From positions 14,405-78,404 of the forward strand of contig JBEKGS010000007.1 in NCBI GenBank assembly GCA_050012675.1: DNA of 64,000 nucleotides, given 5' to 3'. Under the pieces are notes generated by a model. The model had not been told where the DNA came from, ran no database searches, and worked only from the letters and a program-made list of their open reading frames with translations. Shown in pieces: positions 61,811 to 64,000 of this stretch (its first letter is position 1; each line of letters opens with the position of its first letter). Origin of the DNA: Acidimicrobiales bacterium (GTDB lineage Bacteria; Actinomycetota; Acidimicrobiia; Acidimicrobiales; Bog-793). A program made the translations under genes and the position numbers.

Positions 61811-62499
61811 TATCGAGACGTGGCCCGCGACTGCGGTGTCTCAGCGAAGAGCGGGCGTTTACCTGGGATGCCCGGCCGACGAGGGTAGCGGTCGGGACAA
61901 GGGAACACCTGCCTGAGCACGGCGTAACCGAACTCGTCTCTCAGGCTGAACTCGGGAGCGAGACCGAGCGTCTTGCATCCCTCAACCGGCCATCGCCGCG
62001 CCAGGAGCGACGTCTCACGCGCAGTGTCCGAGTCGTCCGGAGGCGGCTCTGAAACTATGAGCCTGCCTCCGACCTTGAGGAATGGCGCGGCACATTCGGC
62101 AGTCACGGCGGGAAGCCCGAAACTCCTGGCAACCACGGCTGCGAAAGCTCCTCGGAATCTGTCCTGGCGCCCGAACTGCTCTGCTCGCATGTGGACGACC
62201 TCGACGCGCGAGGACAAGTTGAGCTCCGCGATCGCCCAGCTAAGGTACTCGGTGGAACGGCGCGCCGAGTCGAGAAGGACGAGGCGAAGCGATCGGTCCT
62301 CAAGTGCGAGCACCAGTCCGGGTAGACCGCCACCCGATCCGAGCTCGAGAACCGGGCCGTCGATTGTTTCCAACCTGAGGGCCCTGAGGAAACCCTCCGA
62401 GTGGGCTCGTTGCGCATCAAACGGGAGATTGCCTGTCAGTGAGCGGCTTCGTGCTTCGCCGAGCACTCTCTCGAGGTCCTCGAGTTGGGACCGGTTCAT
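61810..62499 (-). CDS. rsmG: 16S rRNA (guanine527-N7)-methyltransferase RsmG (GidB)
   Basis: SAM motif VLELGSGGGLPGLVLA and conserved position between jag and parA; 229 aa. Confidence 0.9.
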   Translation of the reverse strand: MNRSQLEDLERVLGEARSRSLTGNLPFDAQRAHSEGFLRALRLETIDGPVLELGSGGGLPGLVLALEDRSLRLVLLDSARRSTEYLSWAIAELNLSSRVEVVHMRAEQFGRQDRFRGAFAAVVARSFGLPAVTAECAAPFLKVGGRLIVSEPPPDDSDTARETSLLARRWPVEGCKTLGLAPEFSLRDEFGYAVLRQVFPCPDRYPRRPGIPGKRPLFAETPQSRATSR

Positions 62500-62552
62500 G
62501 AATCGGGTCGCACAGCGGCATCGCGCCCGACGAGGATCTAGTGATCTCCCCT

Positions 62553-63698
62553 TCAGCTCAGATCCGCCGGCTCTCCGGATCGATCGTCAGACTCCTCCGT
62601 TGGAAGTGCGGAGGCGTCCTCGCTTGACAGCGTCGACGCCGGACGGATCACGACGTGGCGTCGCGGTTCGATCCCCTCCGAACTAGTTTCCAAACCTTCA
62701 AGCTCGTTGACGGTGTCATGAACCACTTTCCGGTCGGATGGAGACATCGGCTCCAGCGCCTCGGGCGCACCCGTGCGCAGTACGTCCGCGGCGGCCTCGA
62801 GCACGAACTGACGTAGTGCGGCGGCTCGACGTTCACGGTAGCCACCGACGTCCACAACAATTCTACTGGTGTGCTCTTCCGTGTGCCGTTGGACGACTGT
62901 CCTCGTCAACTCCTGCAAAGCTTCGACGGTCGCGCCTTTCGGGCCGACCAGAAGTCCGAGGTTGTCGCCGTTCACGCTTATGTAAATGCCGTCGTCTTCA
63001 GTCAGGCGTGCGGTGGTCGTGGCGGTGATCCCGAAACGGGCGACGACCTCCCGGACGAAGTCAGTGGCGAGCTCCTGCTGGGTCTCGATGCTCATCTGGG
63101 CCTCCTTAGGTGATCCCGTGCCGCGACCAGCTCCACTTGAAGATTCCTCACCGATTCCATTCAATCCGTTTCCCGCACGTCCGCGGCCACCGCGGCCTCG
63201 CGAACGCGAGCGTTGCCGGGCACCTGTTGTCGGAGCAACCGTCCGAGCTGCGTCCGCATCCGCCGTCTCCGCAGCTTCGTGCGAGGAGGCATGGGAGCGT
63301 GCCTTTCGCGAACCGTTCTGACCTGGTCCCTGTTCTTGGCGCTGTTGACCACGAGTTGTTTTCTGAGCCGCGTTCGCGGTCGTCTTGCGAAGCTCCTCAC
63401 CGTTCTCATCGTCGCTCGGTCTTCGCGTAGCACTCTCGGAACGAGCTCCCTGTCGATGATGGCCGCGATCGCTCACACCTGACGGTGTTCTCGGCCTGCG
63501 CGACGGCCTCTTGGCCCTGGGCTGAATCGGGCGCACCCGAGCTCTTATCCGCGCGCCACTGCGCCGGAGACCGAACATGCCCGACTTTGGCTCCTCGACA
63601 ATGACGATCTCTGCGTCAGTCTCGGCTACACCGAGTTGCTCAAGAGCCGCCTCTACAGCTTCTTCGACCGTTCTTCCGGTCATTTCGACCCATTCCAC
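62553..63698 (-). CDS. jag: Jag/KhpB-like RNA-binding protein (Jag_N + KH + R3H) with a long disordered insertion; start GTG 63698 or ATG 63683
   Basis: N-terminal MTGRTVEEAVEAALEQLGV, C-terminal KH/R3H part (LLVGPKGATVEALQELT, MSPSDRKVVHDTV), and about 150 aa of Arg/Ser/Gly/Ala-rich linker between them. Confidence 0.85.
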   Translation of the reverse strand: MEWVEMTGRTVEEAVEAALEQLGVAETDAEIVIVEEPKSGMFGLRRSGARIRARVRPIQPRAKRPSRRPRTPSGVSDRGHHRQGARSESATRRPSDDENGEELRKTTANAAQKTTRGQQRQEQGPGQNGSRKARSHASSHEAAETADADAARTVAPTTGARQRSRSRGRGGRGRAGNGLNGIGEESSSGAGRGTGSPKEAQMSIETQQELATDFVREVVARFGITATTTARLTEDDGIYISVNGDNLGLLVGPKGATVEALQELTRTVVQRHTEEHTSRIVVDVGGYRERRAAALRQFVLEAAADVLRTGAPEALEPMSPSDRKVVHDTVNELEGLETSSEGIEPRRHVVIRPASTLSSEDASALPTEESDDRSGEPADLS

Positions 63699-63701
63699 GG
63701 G

Positions 63702-64000
63702 CTATCGGCCCTTTCGCGGTCGTTTGTCCCTCGAGCGAGGTTGTGACTTTGACCCACCACCTGATCCGGCAGACCTCGACGCCTGCGGACTCGGTCTCTT
63801 CGCGGGTGTCGGGTTCCTCGAGCCGTTCTGGCTTGCCGCAGCCTTCGAGCCGTTAGTCGCGCTCCGTTTAGGTCCGTTCCCTGTCGACCTCTGTGGGGGC
63901 CCCGCCCCAGGCCGAGCTGAACCCGGACTTGCGCTCGCTTCCCGCATCCGGGCGAGAAAGCCCTTCCCGCCCGTGGAGTCTCGAGTGGCACCCTTGCTAT
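63702..64000 (-). CDS. yidC: Probable C-terminal basic tail of membrane insertase YidC (partial, runs off the window)
   Basis: The open frame continues to the window edge (…KGATRDSTGGKGFLARMREASAS…KSQPRSRDKRPRKGR*), Lys/Arg-rich and low complexity. The assignment rests on the conserved yidC-jag-rsmG-parAB order only. Confidence 0.45.
   Translation of the reverse strand, partial: SKGATRDSTGGKGFLARMREASASPGSARPGAGPPQRSTGNGPKRSATNGSKAAASQNGSRNPTPAKRPSPQASRSAGSGGGSKSQPRSRDKRPRKGR

Noticed and set aside
1-64000. Search for CRISPR arrays, transposases, integrases, phage genes, toxin-antitoxin pairs or known defence-system hallmarks
   Set aside because: No short regularly spaced direct repeats, no DDE/tyrosine-recombinase-like ORFs and no defence-type ATPase/nuclease combinations were recognised. 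The window appears to be core chromosome with a few lineage-specific insertions.

Overview
The window looks like the origin-proximal part of a high-GC Actinomycetota chromosome. All calls were made by eye from the ORF translations and raw sequence; no searches or computations were run.

The right end carries the conserved block (yidC tail)-jag-rsmG-parA-parB on the minus strand, with a near-consensus parS. Next to it are cwlM-like, trxA, trxB, murJ, an Rv3909-like exported protein and cca. By synteny, oriC should lie just beyond position 64000.

A second conserved block is rpsF-ssb-rpsR-rplI-dnaB, with panB, a PadR regulator, ino1 and an LCP-family gene nearby.

The centre (about 27.9-48.6 kb) is a large minus-strand L-rhamnose locus. 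It has a divergent LacI regulator, an ABC transporter, and rhaM, rhaI, rhaB and the rhaEW fusion. It carries two unexplained additions:
- a 475-aa metal-hydrolase-like gene coupled between rhaB and rhaEW;
- a downstream four-gene module: a 575-aa MDR dehydrogenase, E2, E3, and a fused E1 alpha-beta of a 2-oxoacid/acetoin-dehydrogenase-type complex, in non-canonical order.
This is my best candidate for an undescribed pathway extension.

The left 17 kb holds small regulator/target units: MarR-MFS, SDR-TetR, LysR, a ROK regulator with a truncated ROK gene and a GH13 alpha-glucosidase, TetR-MFS, and Fur-NiCoT. Several have clear palindromic operator candidates. It also encodes a large secreted CHAP-domain protein with three tandem C-terminal repeats.

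I found no rRNA, tRNA, CRISPR array, transposase, integrase or recognisable defence system. The many long antisense ORFs are treated as high-GC artefacts.
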